Of a stretch of DNA of 64,000 nucleotides, positions 37,452-48,875 are shown in pieces. The notes beneath the pieces were generated by a model. That model did not search any database. It worked only from the letters and a program-made list of their open reading frames with translations, and had not been told where the DNA came from. The number at the start of each line of letters is the position of its first letter. The first letter of the stretch is position 1. The translations under genes were made by a program, and so were the position numbers. Source of the DNA: Mesotaenium endlicherianum (taxonomy: Eukaryota); the NCBI GenBank assembly GCA_009602735.1, contig WELA01000805.1, positions 469,173 to 533,172 of the forward strand, read 5' to 3'.

Positions 37452-39619
37452 CTTTCACTAGGGCACTCCGCTCCTTCTATCTGGTATTGGAGCAAGGCTA
37501 GTTTGCATATTACATTCTGGAGTCGCAACAGGCAACTGGAGGAGGCAAACATGTCGAGCTTGTGGAGCGCGTGGAGCAGGAGGCAGCACCAACAATAACG
37601 AGAGAGCAACAAGAGATGCAAGCGATGCCTAGGCAAATGGCAAATGCAATTGGAAGAGAAGTCTACGCCCAGTTTCAACAAAATATGCGTGCGGAGGTGG
37701 AGAGAATGGTGCAAATTGTTGTGGGCAACACCGCTTCGACGAGTTCGGCACCTGTACCTGCTGTACCACCAATTCATGTTCAACCAGTTATTCCACCTAC
37801 ATTGAGAGTGCGTGCGCCTAAGCTTGAAGTGTGTATTGGAGAGCATGGATCGCCGCTTGTTCATTAATGAATATTCGGAGTGAAGAAGTTTATGGAGTAT
37901 TCTGCGCTCACGCCCAACAGGCAAGTCGCCTCTGTAACTACTTTGCTGAAGAAGAGTGCTAGAGCTTGGTATGAGCAAGAAGAGCAGCTGTCTGAAGTTC
38001 CTAATACTGTTGATTAGCACTTTAAAAGCTTGAAGATGCAATTTCAACCTATGGCACCCGAGATCTATTGGTGCACCTTCGTCAACGAGGAAGCGTTCAG
38101 AAGTATGTTTTGCGCTGCAACGAGCTGGTGCTTCAATGTCCATCCATGCACGAGTCGGAGATGATGGACAAGTTCAAGAGGGGACTCAAGCCAACTGTGG
38201 CCAAGGAAGTGGCACTCAAGGACCCTACAAGTCTTGGAGAAATGATGGCATAGGCGACGAGGGTCGATGGTGAGAATTATAGTCAGAGGCAATGGAGCAG
38301 CCACAACTTTGGAGAACACCGACACTTTGGATCTCAAGCGCCAAGCACGAGTGGACAAGGCCCAATACCTATTGAGTTGGGACTTGTTCAGTACCAACGC
38401 GGGCAGCACAATTTCAAGCCGAGAGGACCCTGCTATAATTGCGGCAAGCTTGGACATCTGGCTCAAGACTATCTTGTGAAGGCGAAGCAACCTCAACGGC
38501 AGGAAAAAGGAGGACGCCAAGAAGTCGTTCTGGGGACTCTACTAGTGTGAAGAAGGAAACTCACAAGAAGGTTAACCCCAGAAGCCTGGCCAGAAGCAAA
38601 AGACGAGACATTGACAAGCCTATTATTGTGGAAGGAGTAGTCGACGGCAACAAAGCAAAGTGCATGGTCGACAATGGTGCAGTTGCATACTAAGTGCACA
38701 AAAAGCTGGTGAAGGAGTGACGAATCCCTGTGCAAAAGCATTATGAGCCTAAGAAGGCAATTTTGGCAAATGGGCAGAGACTCAAGTGTAGTGCACCTAC
38801 GTAAGCTATTCACGTGAAAGTAACTGGGCACCAGAGTAATGAAGTTATGGAGCAGGCAGAGCTAGGTCACCATGAGGTGATATTGGGCCGACCATGGCTG
38901 AGGATAGCCAACCAGGGTTACGCCGTACGCCGTATTGGCCAACCTTCGTACGCTTAAATAAGCGTACTGCGTCGGTACGCTCGTACTAAGCGTACGATTA
39001 ACTTTTTATTCGTGCGCGCGGCCCAGCAACGTTTTGACACCTTCACGTCCGCCACCGCACGCTCTGTTTCACTCGTGACTTTGCATACATCGTCGATCGA
39101 CGGGATTCAAACTACCAAGTGCATCTTGACAGGTTTGTGGAGCAACGGCGGGAACTAAAAAAAAGTCACTAGCCTTTTCACCAATATTTTGGCCACCAGC
39201 CATTTCAATTTTCGCCTCCAACGTGCATCTGCTTGAGTTGCTGCCCATCTTACAAGCTACAATCCTTTTGGCCAATTTTGCGGAGCCTACTTAAGAGACT
39301 TCTAGCGCCTTTCTTTGCATTTCGCACCTGCTATTCATCGTAAGTTTTCTTACTTCCGCATTTAGGACCTTGCTGCCTTGCATTCCTCNNNNNNNNNNNN
39401 NNNNNNNNNNNNNNNNNNNNNNNNNNNNNNNNNNNNNNNNNNNNNNNNNNNNNNNNNNNNNNNNNNNNNGGGGGGGGGGGGGGCTGGAGGGCATAGGCAT
39501 AGGCACAGCTCGTCTGCAAGCGATAGCTGCTCCTTGCCTCCACGGGCTACATTTGCTTTTTCCACAGGTTGATCTAAGCTGCCCTTTTGTTGTCGGCTGC
39601 TCCCTCCCCTGTCAGCTGA

Positions 39620-40500
39620 CAACCAGTCCCTCGTTTGCCTGTGTCGGGGCTGGCTGCCAGCACCTTCCTTGCCTGTGTCGGGGCTGGCAACCAGCCCCTT
39701 GCTTGCTTGTGTCGGGGCTGGCAACCAGCCCCTTGTTTGCCTGTGTCGGGGCTGGCTGCCAGCCCCTTGCTTCATTGTATCGGGGCCGGCAACCAGCCCA
39801 TTCATTGCTTGTATTGGGGTTGGCTACCAGCCCCTTGCTTGCTTTTGGGGGGCTGGCAACCAGCCCCTTGCTTGCTTGTGTCGGGGCTGGCTACCAGCCC
39901 CTTGTTTGCTTTTCGGGGGGCTGGCAACCAACCCCTTGCTTGCCTGTGTCGAGGCTGGCTGCTAGCCCCTTGCTTCATTGTGTTGGGGCTGGCAACTAGC
40001 CCCTTCATTGCTTGTTTCGGGTATGGCTGCCAGCCTCTTGCATGCTTTTTGGGGGGCTGGCAACGAGCCCCTTGCTTGCTCTTAGGGGGGCTGGCTGCCA
40101 GCCCCTTGTGTACTTTTGTCAGCGCAAGCAACTAGCCCCTTGCTTCCCTGTGTCGGGGTTGGCTGCCAGCCCCTTGCTTGCCTGTGTCGGGGCTGGCAAC
40201 CAGCCCCTTGCTTGCTTGTGTCGGGGCTGGCAACCAGCCCCTTGCTTGCTTTTTGGGGGGCTCGCAACCAGCCCCTTGCTTGCTTGTGTCAGGGCTCGCA
40301 ACCAGCCCTCTGTTTGCCTGTGTCGGGGCTGGTTGCCAGCCCCTTGCTTGCTTGTGTTGGGCTGGCTGCCAGCCCCTTGCTTCATTGTATCGGGGCCGGC
40401 AACCAGCCCCTTCATTGCTTGGGTTGGGGCTGGCTCCCAGCCCCTTGCTTGCTTTTGGGGGGCTGGCAACCAGCCCCTCGCTTGCTCTTAGGGGCGCCCT
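39620..40500. repeat. Array of ~34-bp units, each with the palindrome GGGGCTGG(N3)CCAGCCCC, in hAT copy 1
   Basis: Repeated GGGGCTGGCAACCAGCCCC / GGGGCTGGCTGCCAGCCCC separated by ~15-nt TTGCTTG... linkers; degenerate units continue to about 41600. Confidence 0.92.
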
Positions 40501-41739
40501 TTGCATGCTGCTGTTTTGACGACCCTATGCCCTTTTGTGTGTCTTGTATCAGTGAGGAAGGCGTGAAAAAGAAGCTACCAGACTCACCCCTCATTGGTGC
40601 ACACACGTCTTCCGACACGCGCATCAGGTGCCATGCCCTTCCCTATCTTCTTTCTCCCTCTTTGCCCTGTTCTTACTGGTAGTGGCGTCCGCGCGCCCCT
40701 TGCTTTTTTGAGTGGGGTTGTCTGGCATGCTGTCTGGCTGCTGCTGTGCTACAGTTGCCCCTTGCTTGTTTTGGTTGGGGCTGTTCGGCTGCAGCACCGT
40801 GCTCTTGCTGGTGTGCTGTTGTCTATCTTACATGTGTGTACATTGTCCCTTCTCTTATGTGTGAAGCAGCCCAAGTTCAAAACGAGCGAGTCGGCAGGCC
40901 TTGCGCCAATCCACACGCAGCCAATCTCCAACAAGTGTTTCAGGTCCCCCCCCCTTCCCCTGCGTCTCCCTCCCTTGCGTATTTTTCTCTTGCTTTGGTC
41001 GGGGCAGTCTGTCTTTTGTGCTGCAGCCGCCCCTTGCATGCTCTGGTCAGGGCGGGCTGGCTGCTGCTTTGCTGCAGCAGCCCCTTGCATGCTCTTGTCA
41101 GGGCGAGCTGCTAGCCCCTTGCTTGGTTTTGTGGGGCTGGCTGTTAGCCCCGGACTTGCTTTTGAGTTTTGTCGAGGCTGGTTGTCAGCCCCTTGCTTGC
41201 TTTTGTCAGGGCTGGCTGCCAGTCCCTTGCCTGTTGTCTTAGGGTTACAGTCAGGGCGGGCTGGTTTGCCTTTGCTTGCTGTTTAGGATTTTAGTGGGGG
41301 CGGGCTGCCAGCGCCTTGCTTAGTTTTGTCGGGGCTGGCTGTTAGCCCCGGACTTGCTTTTGAGTTTTGTCGAGGCTGGTTGTCAGCCCCTTGCTTGCTC
41401 TCTTAGGGTTTTAGTCGGGGCGAGCTGGCTTGCTGTTTTAGGTTTAGTCGAGGCGGGCTTGCTTGCTGTTTTAGGGTCTTAGTTGAGGCTGGGTGTTGTC
41501 GTGCTTGCTCGTGTCGGGGCTGGCGGCCAACCTCATGCGTGGTCTTGTCGGGGCTGGCTGCCAGCCCCGTGCTTGCTCTTGTTGGGGCTGGCTGCCAGCT
41601 CGTGCTTTTGTTGGGATTGCCTGCTCTCTTGTTTGCCTATTGTTGTGTTTTTGCTTGTTTAAATGGCATTTGAATGGCATCTTGTTATGTCTCTTACAAG
41701 TTGTTACTGTACTTCATTATTGCAGGTTTCACGCGCATC

Positions 41740-44091
41740 ATGTCTCAACCATGCACTTCGTCTGGAGCAACGCTTGGTGGAATGAGGGCGTCCACTGCAG
41801 CTTTAACCGCTCGTCTTCCCCCTAGGGCAGTTGCTGCAAGGTCTGGTCCAGAGTGGGGCCATGTGACCATCGTTGTGGAAGCCAAGTCCAAGAATTCATA
41901 TCCGAAGGTGAAGTGCAACTACTGCCCCAGGGAGTTTACCGGTGGAGTCACGCGGATTCGTGGCCATTTCACAGGAGGCTGTAAGGATGTTAGTCAGTGT
42001 GAGGATGTTCCCGATGAAGTTCTAGATCTCATGATTAGCCGTAGCAACGGTATGGCTAATTCTTTATTAGGAACGCGACGTAGGAAGAGTGTCATACAAG
42101 CTGCACGAAAGCGCGTGCATGAATGGGGTTGTGCAAGTGCTGGAGAGTCCCCCTCCTTAGGCAGGGAGTCAGGGCAAACCTCTATAAGTGACATGTTGCA
42201 GAAGATGAATGCTGATGCTGTTCATGAGACTGTCGCCCGTTTCTTCTATGGCACTGGTTGCTCATTCAATGTTGCTCGCAGTGACTTCTTTAGGGACATG
42301 TTGGTTGCTGTCAGTAAGTACACCTTAGAAACGGGTCTAGTGTATGTCCCGATGAAGGATAAGCCTCTCGGAAGTACCCTACTAGATAAAGAGGTGTCGA
42401 AGATAGAGGCTTGGGAGAAGAAACAAAAAAAGGGACTACCACAGATGGGTTGTAGCATTGTAGCAGATGGGTGGACCGATCCATGTGGGCACCCTCTTCT
42501 TAACGTGCTTATGGTTGTGGGAGGCACTGAAATGTTCATGGATGCTATCAACACTGAGGGTGAAAGGAAAACGGGTGAGTACATTGGTAGCCACCTGCTT
42601 GCGGCCGTGGAGAAAATAGGGGCCGATCATGTCGTACAACTTTGCACAGACTCTGCAGCTAACATTGTAGCTGGTTGTAATGTGGTTCGTGAGAAGCACC
42701 CGCATATATATTGGACGCCTTGTGCTGCTCACATTTTGGACCTGCTGTTGAAAGACATAGGAAAAGTAAAAGAGCTAGAGGGCATAATCGATAGCTTCAA
42801 GCACTTGGTCCAGTTTGTTGCAAACCACCACATGCCTCACGCTCTTTACCGTGAGCATGGGGCAAGGCTTGAGAATAAACTAGAGTTGTTGAAGCCAGGA
42901 CCCACGAGGTTTGCTAGTAACTTCCTTTGCTTGCAACGACTCATTGTTGTGAGGGATACCTTACAAGCTATGGTGTCTGACAGAAGATGGCTCGAGTGGG
43001 CGGCAAAGAACGGTTGTGTAGGTGAGGCTACGGAGATTAGAGACCTAGTTCGCGACGATGAACTTTGGGAGCGAGTGAAGGTATGGGTAGCCGTGTGTGA
43101 GCCGATTGTAGTTCTCCTTCGACTAGTCGACTCTCCACAACCTTCTCTTGGGAAGATTTGGGCTCGCATGAGTGCCATTAAAGAGCATGTGCATGAGATT
43201 GTAGGACTCAAACCAGCACAAATAACCCAAGTTAAGAAGGACGTGAAGGCTCGCTGGGAGCAGCTTCACAGCCCCCTGCATTCTGCAGGTAAAACTCTAT
43301 TTTGATGTTGCTCACTTTTTTGCTTGGCGGCTGGCGTTCTCTTGCATGCTTGTTATCGTGTGCTGGTCATTGTTTTTGTTTTTGTGCTTGCTATTGTTAT
43401 TGCTCTCTCTTTTGTGAAGTGCATTGTGTTGTCATATACTAAGTTTACTTCTTGACTTTGTTTGACTACAGGCTACTATTTGGACCCCGAGTTCCAAGAC
43501 CATGAGTCTTGGGCAATTGAGAAGTGTCTACTAACCGATTGGTCCGACGTGCGGAATACCCTTGTTGGAGGAAGTGTGCTTGACCGAGCATTGGTGGATC
43601 GAGAGTTGGCGCTCTACCGGCAGAGCGGTGACATTTTTGGCGATGATGTTTGCAAGGCTAATAAGACCATGATGCCTGCTCACAAGTGGTGGGAAACATA
43701 TGGAAGTCATTGTCCTAATCTTCAGCTTCTTGCTATGAGAATATTGTCGCAACCCGGTTCAGCAGCTGCATGTGAGAGAAATTGGTCTGAGTACGGGTTT
43801 GTTCATAGTCCACTTCGCAATAGGCTGCTCCCTACTAGAGCAAAGAAGTTAGTGTACGTGCATTCTATGTTGAGACTTCAGGAGAAGAGTTTGGACTTCC
43901 TTGGACCAAGTGTCGGCGCGACTCCATGGGTTGAAGAAGCGGAGTTCTTGGAGACATCTGAAGAGGAGGATCTCAATCTTGCCGTGCATGCCTCGTTGCG
44001 TGAGGGGATGGAGGTGGAGGAAGAGGAGGTGGAGGAGCGACCTAGTGTTTCCGCTCCACTAAGAAGAAGGCCAAGAGCGATTGGTTACTAG
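41740..44091 (+). CDS. hAT transposase, two exons join(41740..43288,43472..44091), about 722 aa; BED finger, DDE core, C-terminal dimerisation domain
   Basis: VKCNYC...RIRGHF; ADGWTD; CTDSAAN; PCAAHILDL; PTRFAS. The GT-AG intron 43289-43471 splices to the conserved LHSAG-YYLDP; then WWETYG...LAMRILSQ...ACERNWS. Start chosen at the ATG after an acceptor at 41725. Confidence 0.92.
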
Positions 44092-44320
44092 ATGTGTTAG
44101 TCAGTTAACTTGTATGTACTAAAGGTAGCATGTACATATTAAAGAAAAAAAAGGAGGTTGAGAAAATGAATATATTTGAAATCAATTTTTTGTGCCCTAT
44201 GTCTTCATGGAATGTGGTACTTTGTGAATGACTTACATGGTATGGATTACCTCTAACTTCTTATGCATGCTTGCAAAGAGTATGAATCATGTTTATACTT
44301 CTACATTAAAGCTCATTTTA

Positions 44321-44661
44321 CTCGTTTAAGAAGTAATGATACTCCTAAGTGTTCTTATTGAATCAATTAGCTAGTTAAAATGTACAAAAAGAATGCTCTG
44401 CTAAGTGGCCCTCCCAGTGTTAGTGAGAAAAAGAGAGTACAAAAATAATCCTTAATCTATCTTCAATCACTCTTGAATGTGGCATTTATAAGAACTTCTT
44501 AGTTGTTAGACATGCTTGCTAAGATGTTGAATTATATTTATACCTCTTCATTGAAGCTTGTTGTACTCGACTAAGAAGTAATGATACTGCTCAATGTTCT
44601 AATTCAACAAATAAATAAATTAGGAAGTACAAAAAAGAACTTTGCTAAGCGGCCCTCCCAG
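44321..44661. repeat. Imperfect ~95-bp direct repeat in the hAT 3' region (mirrored at about 48306-48646)
   Basis: TAAGAAGTAATGATACT...GTACAAAAA...TGCTAAG.GGCCCTCCCAG at about 44321-44417 and 44567-44661. Confidence 0.7.
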
Positions 44662-44751
44662 CTTTGACATGATTGAATGTCGTATAGATGGTACATAAAC
44701 AAAGCGGTTACAAGACATTTTGTATAAGAACAAGAATGCGGGTTGTCGTAA

Positions 44752-44990
44752 GCTACTTATAGTGAATAATTGGTAAATCGTCGCTTCCGCCAACTGGTGG
44801 CTGGGGTTCGAGCCCGACGGCTGGCGCCCGGAGCCATCCATTTTGTGGAAATCCGTGATTTCCTTTTCGCCAAGCGTTTTTGCCCTAATGGATAAGTAAT
44901 TACCGATCGCGGAGTAATAAGAAACGTGCATGGCTGGTTGGGTAGTGTCTTATCCCTGCACCCGGCGGTGGGTGTTCAAATCCGCTTGCT
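44752..44990 (+). other. Two degenerate tRNA-like (Pol III A-box/B-box) modules in the hAT 3' subterminal region
   Basis: TAGTGAATAATTGG (44760) with GGTTCGAGCCC (44805); TGGCTGGTTGG (44931) with GTTCAAATCC (44974). Spacing is tRNA-like, but no convincing acceptor stem was found. Confidence 0.45.
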
Positions 44991-45301
44991 TACATCCCTA
45001 AATAGAAGAAGTTCAAAGTAGTTTTCGAAATTGTCGCCGCAATCCGGGCAGAGAGCAGATCCGAAATTGCCCGAAAAAAGTTACCGGTCATTTTGAACGA
45101 AATAAACAGTCTGACATGACGTGCTTTTTGTACACGTGCGACCGACATGTAATGTCAACGTCGTCGCTACTGCACGTCGACGCCGTTGTGACGTTGGCGT
45201 ACTAAGCGTATTAAGCGAACTAGTCCATTTTTTTTGAACACCGATCTAAGCGAACTAGCGTAGTAGACGAACTAAGCGTACAAGCGTACGGCGTAACCCT
45301 G

Positions 45302-46255
45302 CTCTTGGGCCCTGCTTTTGTCCCCGTGCATCTCCTGGCTCATGCAGTCTCTGACTCCATCCAATCTTGGGTCCCAAGCCGCAATGTGAGGGGGCAATAC
45401 TATGTTCCCCTTTAGGTCTGTCAGGAAATCCTCATCCGTCGCCCTGTCATTCTGCTGGTCCCTCATGTTGATGGTCATCCACCGCCAATCGGTGGGCTTT
45501 TGGAAGAAGGCAGGGTCTGTCCTTTTAAGAGTACAAGGGTACCATTGGCCTGCAAAGTCTAGCTGACTGGTTTCCCTGGCCAAAAATTCCCAGCTCCTCC
45601 TCTCCACCTCGTTATACATGGCCTTGAACCTGTTATGGGGTGTTGAGTCCTTGAAGCTGTCCGCGTCCATGGGGATCATCCCGATGACCCTATCTGCCCC
45701 CCAGATACCAAGAATCGAGACAGCTCCTGCTTCGTTCACCTGGGCTACTGCCTTGGCCTCTCCGACTGTATATCCTACCATCCGGGCGTAATCGTGGTAG
45801 AGGAGGAGCTCTGTGCTGACCTCTATATACTTGTCAAAGTTTTCGGATGTCTCTCCTTCTTTCTAGAGGATTTCCTTCTGCGACTCACTGCGACTTCTCT
45901 GGGCATACTTGAAGGCCTCCTCCAGTAGATCAAAGCCCTTGCCCAGCACTGTGTAGCGGTAGCTGCTGATTCTCCTCCGTTCGTCTTCTTCAGCCTGCTG
46001 CTTCCGCTTCTCCTCAGCTTGCCTCTCCTCCTCTGCTTTCTTGGCCTCCTCTGCAGCTTTTCTGTCCATTTCTTCCTGCCTCAGTCTGGCCTGTTCCTCC
46101 TCCTCCTTCTTCTTCTGTGCCTCCCGCTGTTGTTGGAGTCGTTGTGATTCCCGAGCGGTGATGGAAGATGATTCGATGTCTCCACGGAATTGCAAGTATT
46201 CTGCATGTGCCTCTTCCGCCCTTCTCTTCCTCTTGAGTTCCGACTTTTGAGTCAT
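45302..46255 (-). pseudogene. ORF3 of A' (at least ~318 codons; one CAG>TAG at 45863; truncated by the hAT TIR)
   Basis: ORFs 45863-46264 and 45272-45781 share a frame; the stop is CAG in copy A. Confidence 0.6.
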
Positions 46256-46579
46256 CCTGCTCAATCATAAACACAATGCAGTTAGTGAAGTCATGATATT
46301 TTGCCGCTACTGAGTGCCCCTGATGAAGAGGAACGCGATCGGGAGAGTTCCTAGTGTGGAATGCCTGGTGTGAGTGAACATAAGGGAAAATTGAGTTAGA
46401 GAGCAAGTGAGTGTGAGCGCAGGTTGAGTGTGTAATATGGTGATCAGAGAATACCACTCCCTCCAACTTAATTTTAAAGGTGGGCTTCCTGTCACAACTG
46501 TCACTAACTGTCACATCCCCCTCCAACTTATATGGAGACAGGACCTCCTGTCACCTTCCCGGGTCAACTGAAATGACTG

Positions 46580-47665
46580 TTAGGGAGGTGCCCCAGCCGC
46601 CCGAAGGTGGAACCGTTTCAACGCCCCTTTGGCATTGGTCAGCTGATCTTTAAATTCCCAAGTGTCCCCAGAGGCATCGTAACCTTTCCATCGGATGAGG
46701 TACTTCATGACATATTTAGATGATCGACGGAGCGAGCGAGCGTCTAAAATCTCCTCGACCTCATATTCCTCAGGATCGCCGTGTCGGACAGCGGGGACTG
46801 GTTCCGGTTGGACAGGTAACCGACCTGTGAACAGTGAATCACCTTTGATGTATGGTTCCAGGAAGGAGACATTAAAGACCGGGTGACCCTTGTAGTCAGC
46901 TGACATGTTCAGTTTGTAAGCATTCGGACCGACACGACGGACCACCGAATATGGACCGACCCAGACAGGGCCAAGCTTTTTCTTGACCACACCAGGGAGG
47001 TACAGGTGCTGAGAATGCAGTTTGACTAAATCGCCCTTAGAAAATGTCAGTTCCCGACGGTGTTGATTAGCGTATTTTTGTTGGTTTTCTTGGGCTTTGT
47101 GTAGGTTTTGTTGGACTTCTGACAGGGTGTCAGCAAACTCCTGAGTTAACTGGAGGGAGACCGGGTTGTCAATCCCTTTCGGGTCAGTTAAAGATTCCCC
47201 CAGTACATCTAAAGGAGACTTAGGGGCTCTACCCAGGCTCAGTTCAAAAGGAGTCTTGCCCGTTGACGCGTGCACCGCACTGTTGACCGCAAACTGAATT
47301 TGAGGCAACAGGTCATCCCAATTATCTTGTTTTTGGTTAATGTATGCTCTCAGCACCTCCTATAGAACTCGATTAGTTCTTTCAGTCTGCCCATCAGTCT
47401 GAGGGTGGTTTGCTGTGCTGAGCAGCTGTTTGACTCCCATTAACCCCATTAAAGCTCTCCAGAACTTAGAGGTGAATTCTGAGTCTCTGTCTGAGATGAT
47501 ATTAGAAGGGAGCCCATGTTGGCATACTACATGGTTGTAAAACTGTCTCGTTGTTTCGAGTGCAGTTACTTTGACAGTTGTGGGGATGAAAATGACCATT
47601 TTAGTCAGTTTTTCCACGACTACCAATATCGAATCATGCCCATTAGCAATTCGTGGCAGTGTGAC
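46580..47665 (-). pseudogene. pol: A' integrase core plus chromodomain
   Basis: SDRD, QTER, GPYSVV, EYEVEEILD...YLIRWKGYDASGDTWE; stop at about 47360. Confidence 0.9.
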
Positions 47666-48875
47666 CAGGGTTACGCCGTACGCTTGTACGCTTAGTTCGA
47701 CTACTACGCTAGTTCGCTTAGATCGGTGTTCAAAAAAAATGGACTAGTTCGCTTAATACGCTTAGTACGCCAACGTCACAACGGCGTCGACGTGCAGTAG
47801 CGACGACGTTGACATTACATGTCGGTCGCACGTGTACAAAAAGCACGTCATGTCAGACTGTTTATTTCGTTCAAAATGACCGGTAACTTTTTTCGGGCAA
47901 TTTCGGATCTGCTCTCTGCCCGGATTGCGGCGACAATTTCGAAAACTACTTTGAACTTCTTCTATTTAGGGATGTAAGCAAGCGGATTTGAACACCCACC
48001 GCCGGGTGCAGGGATAAGACACTACCCAACCAGCCATGCACGTTTCTTATTACTCCGCGATCGGTAATTACTTATCCATTAGGGCAAAAACGCTTGGCGA
48101 AAAGGAAATCACGGATTTCCACAAAATGGATGGCTCCGGGCGCCAGCCGTCGGGCTCGAACCCCAGCCACCAGTTGGCGGAAGCGACGATTTACCAATTA
48201 TTCACTATAAGTAGCTTACGACAACCCGCATTCTTGTTCTTATACAAAATGTCTTGTAACCGCTTTGTTTATGTACCATCTATACGACATTCAATCATGT
48301 CAAAGCTGGGAGGGCCGCTTAGCAAAGTTCTTTTTTGTACTTCCTAATTTATTTATTTGTTGAATTAGAACATTGAGCAGTATCATTACTTCTTAGTCGA
48401 GTACAACAAGCTTCAATGAAGAGGTATAAATATAATTCAACATCTTAGCAAGCATGTCTAACAACTAAGAAGTTCTTATAAATGCCACATTCAAGAGTGA
48501 TTGAAGATAGATTAAGGATTATTTTTGTACTCTCTTTTTCTCACTAACACTGGGAGGGCCACTTAGCAGAGCATTCTTTTTGTACATTTTAACTAGCTAA
48601 TTGATTCAATAAGAACACTTAGGAGTATCATTACTTCTTAAACGAGTAAAATGAGCTTTAATGTAGAAGTATAAACATGATTCATACTCTTTGCAAGCAT
48701 GCATAAGAAGTTAGAGGTAATCCATACCATGTAAGTCATTCACAAAGTACCACATTCCATGAAGACATAGGGCACAAAAAATTGATTTCAAATATATTCA
48801 TTTTCTCAACCTCCTTTTTTTTCTTTAATATGTACATGCTACCTTTAGTACATACAAGTTAACTGACTAACACAT

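Larger units (their letters stand above)
30051..38912 (+). mobile_element. Decayed family-C element (D): 5' LTR split by element E, degenerate gag and protease, truncated by hAT copy 1
   Basis: 30051-30771 plus 37457-37479 match the reverse complement of the C LTR; PBS TGGTATTGGAGC at about 37482; 37520-38912 is a stop-riddled homolog of C gag/PR. Confidence 0.9.
38913..45301 (+). mobile_element. hAT-superfamily DNA transposon, copy 1 (gap at 39389-39468)
   Basis: 18-bp TIRs CAGGGTTACGCCGTACGC (38913-38930, 45284-45301); subterminal TAAGCGTAC-like repeats; intact transposase; no matching 8-bp TSD. Confidence 0.95.

Noticed and set aside
41674..41739. ORF-track start of the transposase (MASCYVSY...)
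   Set aside because: This stretch is T-rich and ends in an acceptor-like TTGCAG at 41725, so it is probably intron. ATG 41740 is preferred, though an upstream coding exon cannot be excluded.
44620..44931. 103-aa ORF present in both hAT copies
   Set aside because: Identity simply reflects the recent duplication; no recognisable motif; antisense in a subterminal region.
44752..44990. Functional tRNA genes
   Set aside because: I could not fold a convincing cloverleaf or acceptor stem; reported only as tRNA-like boxes.
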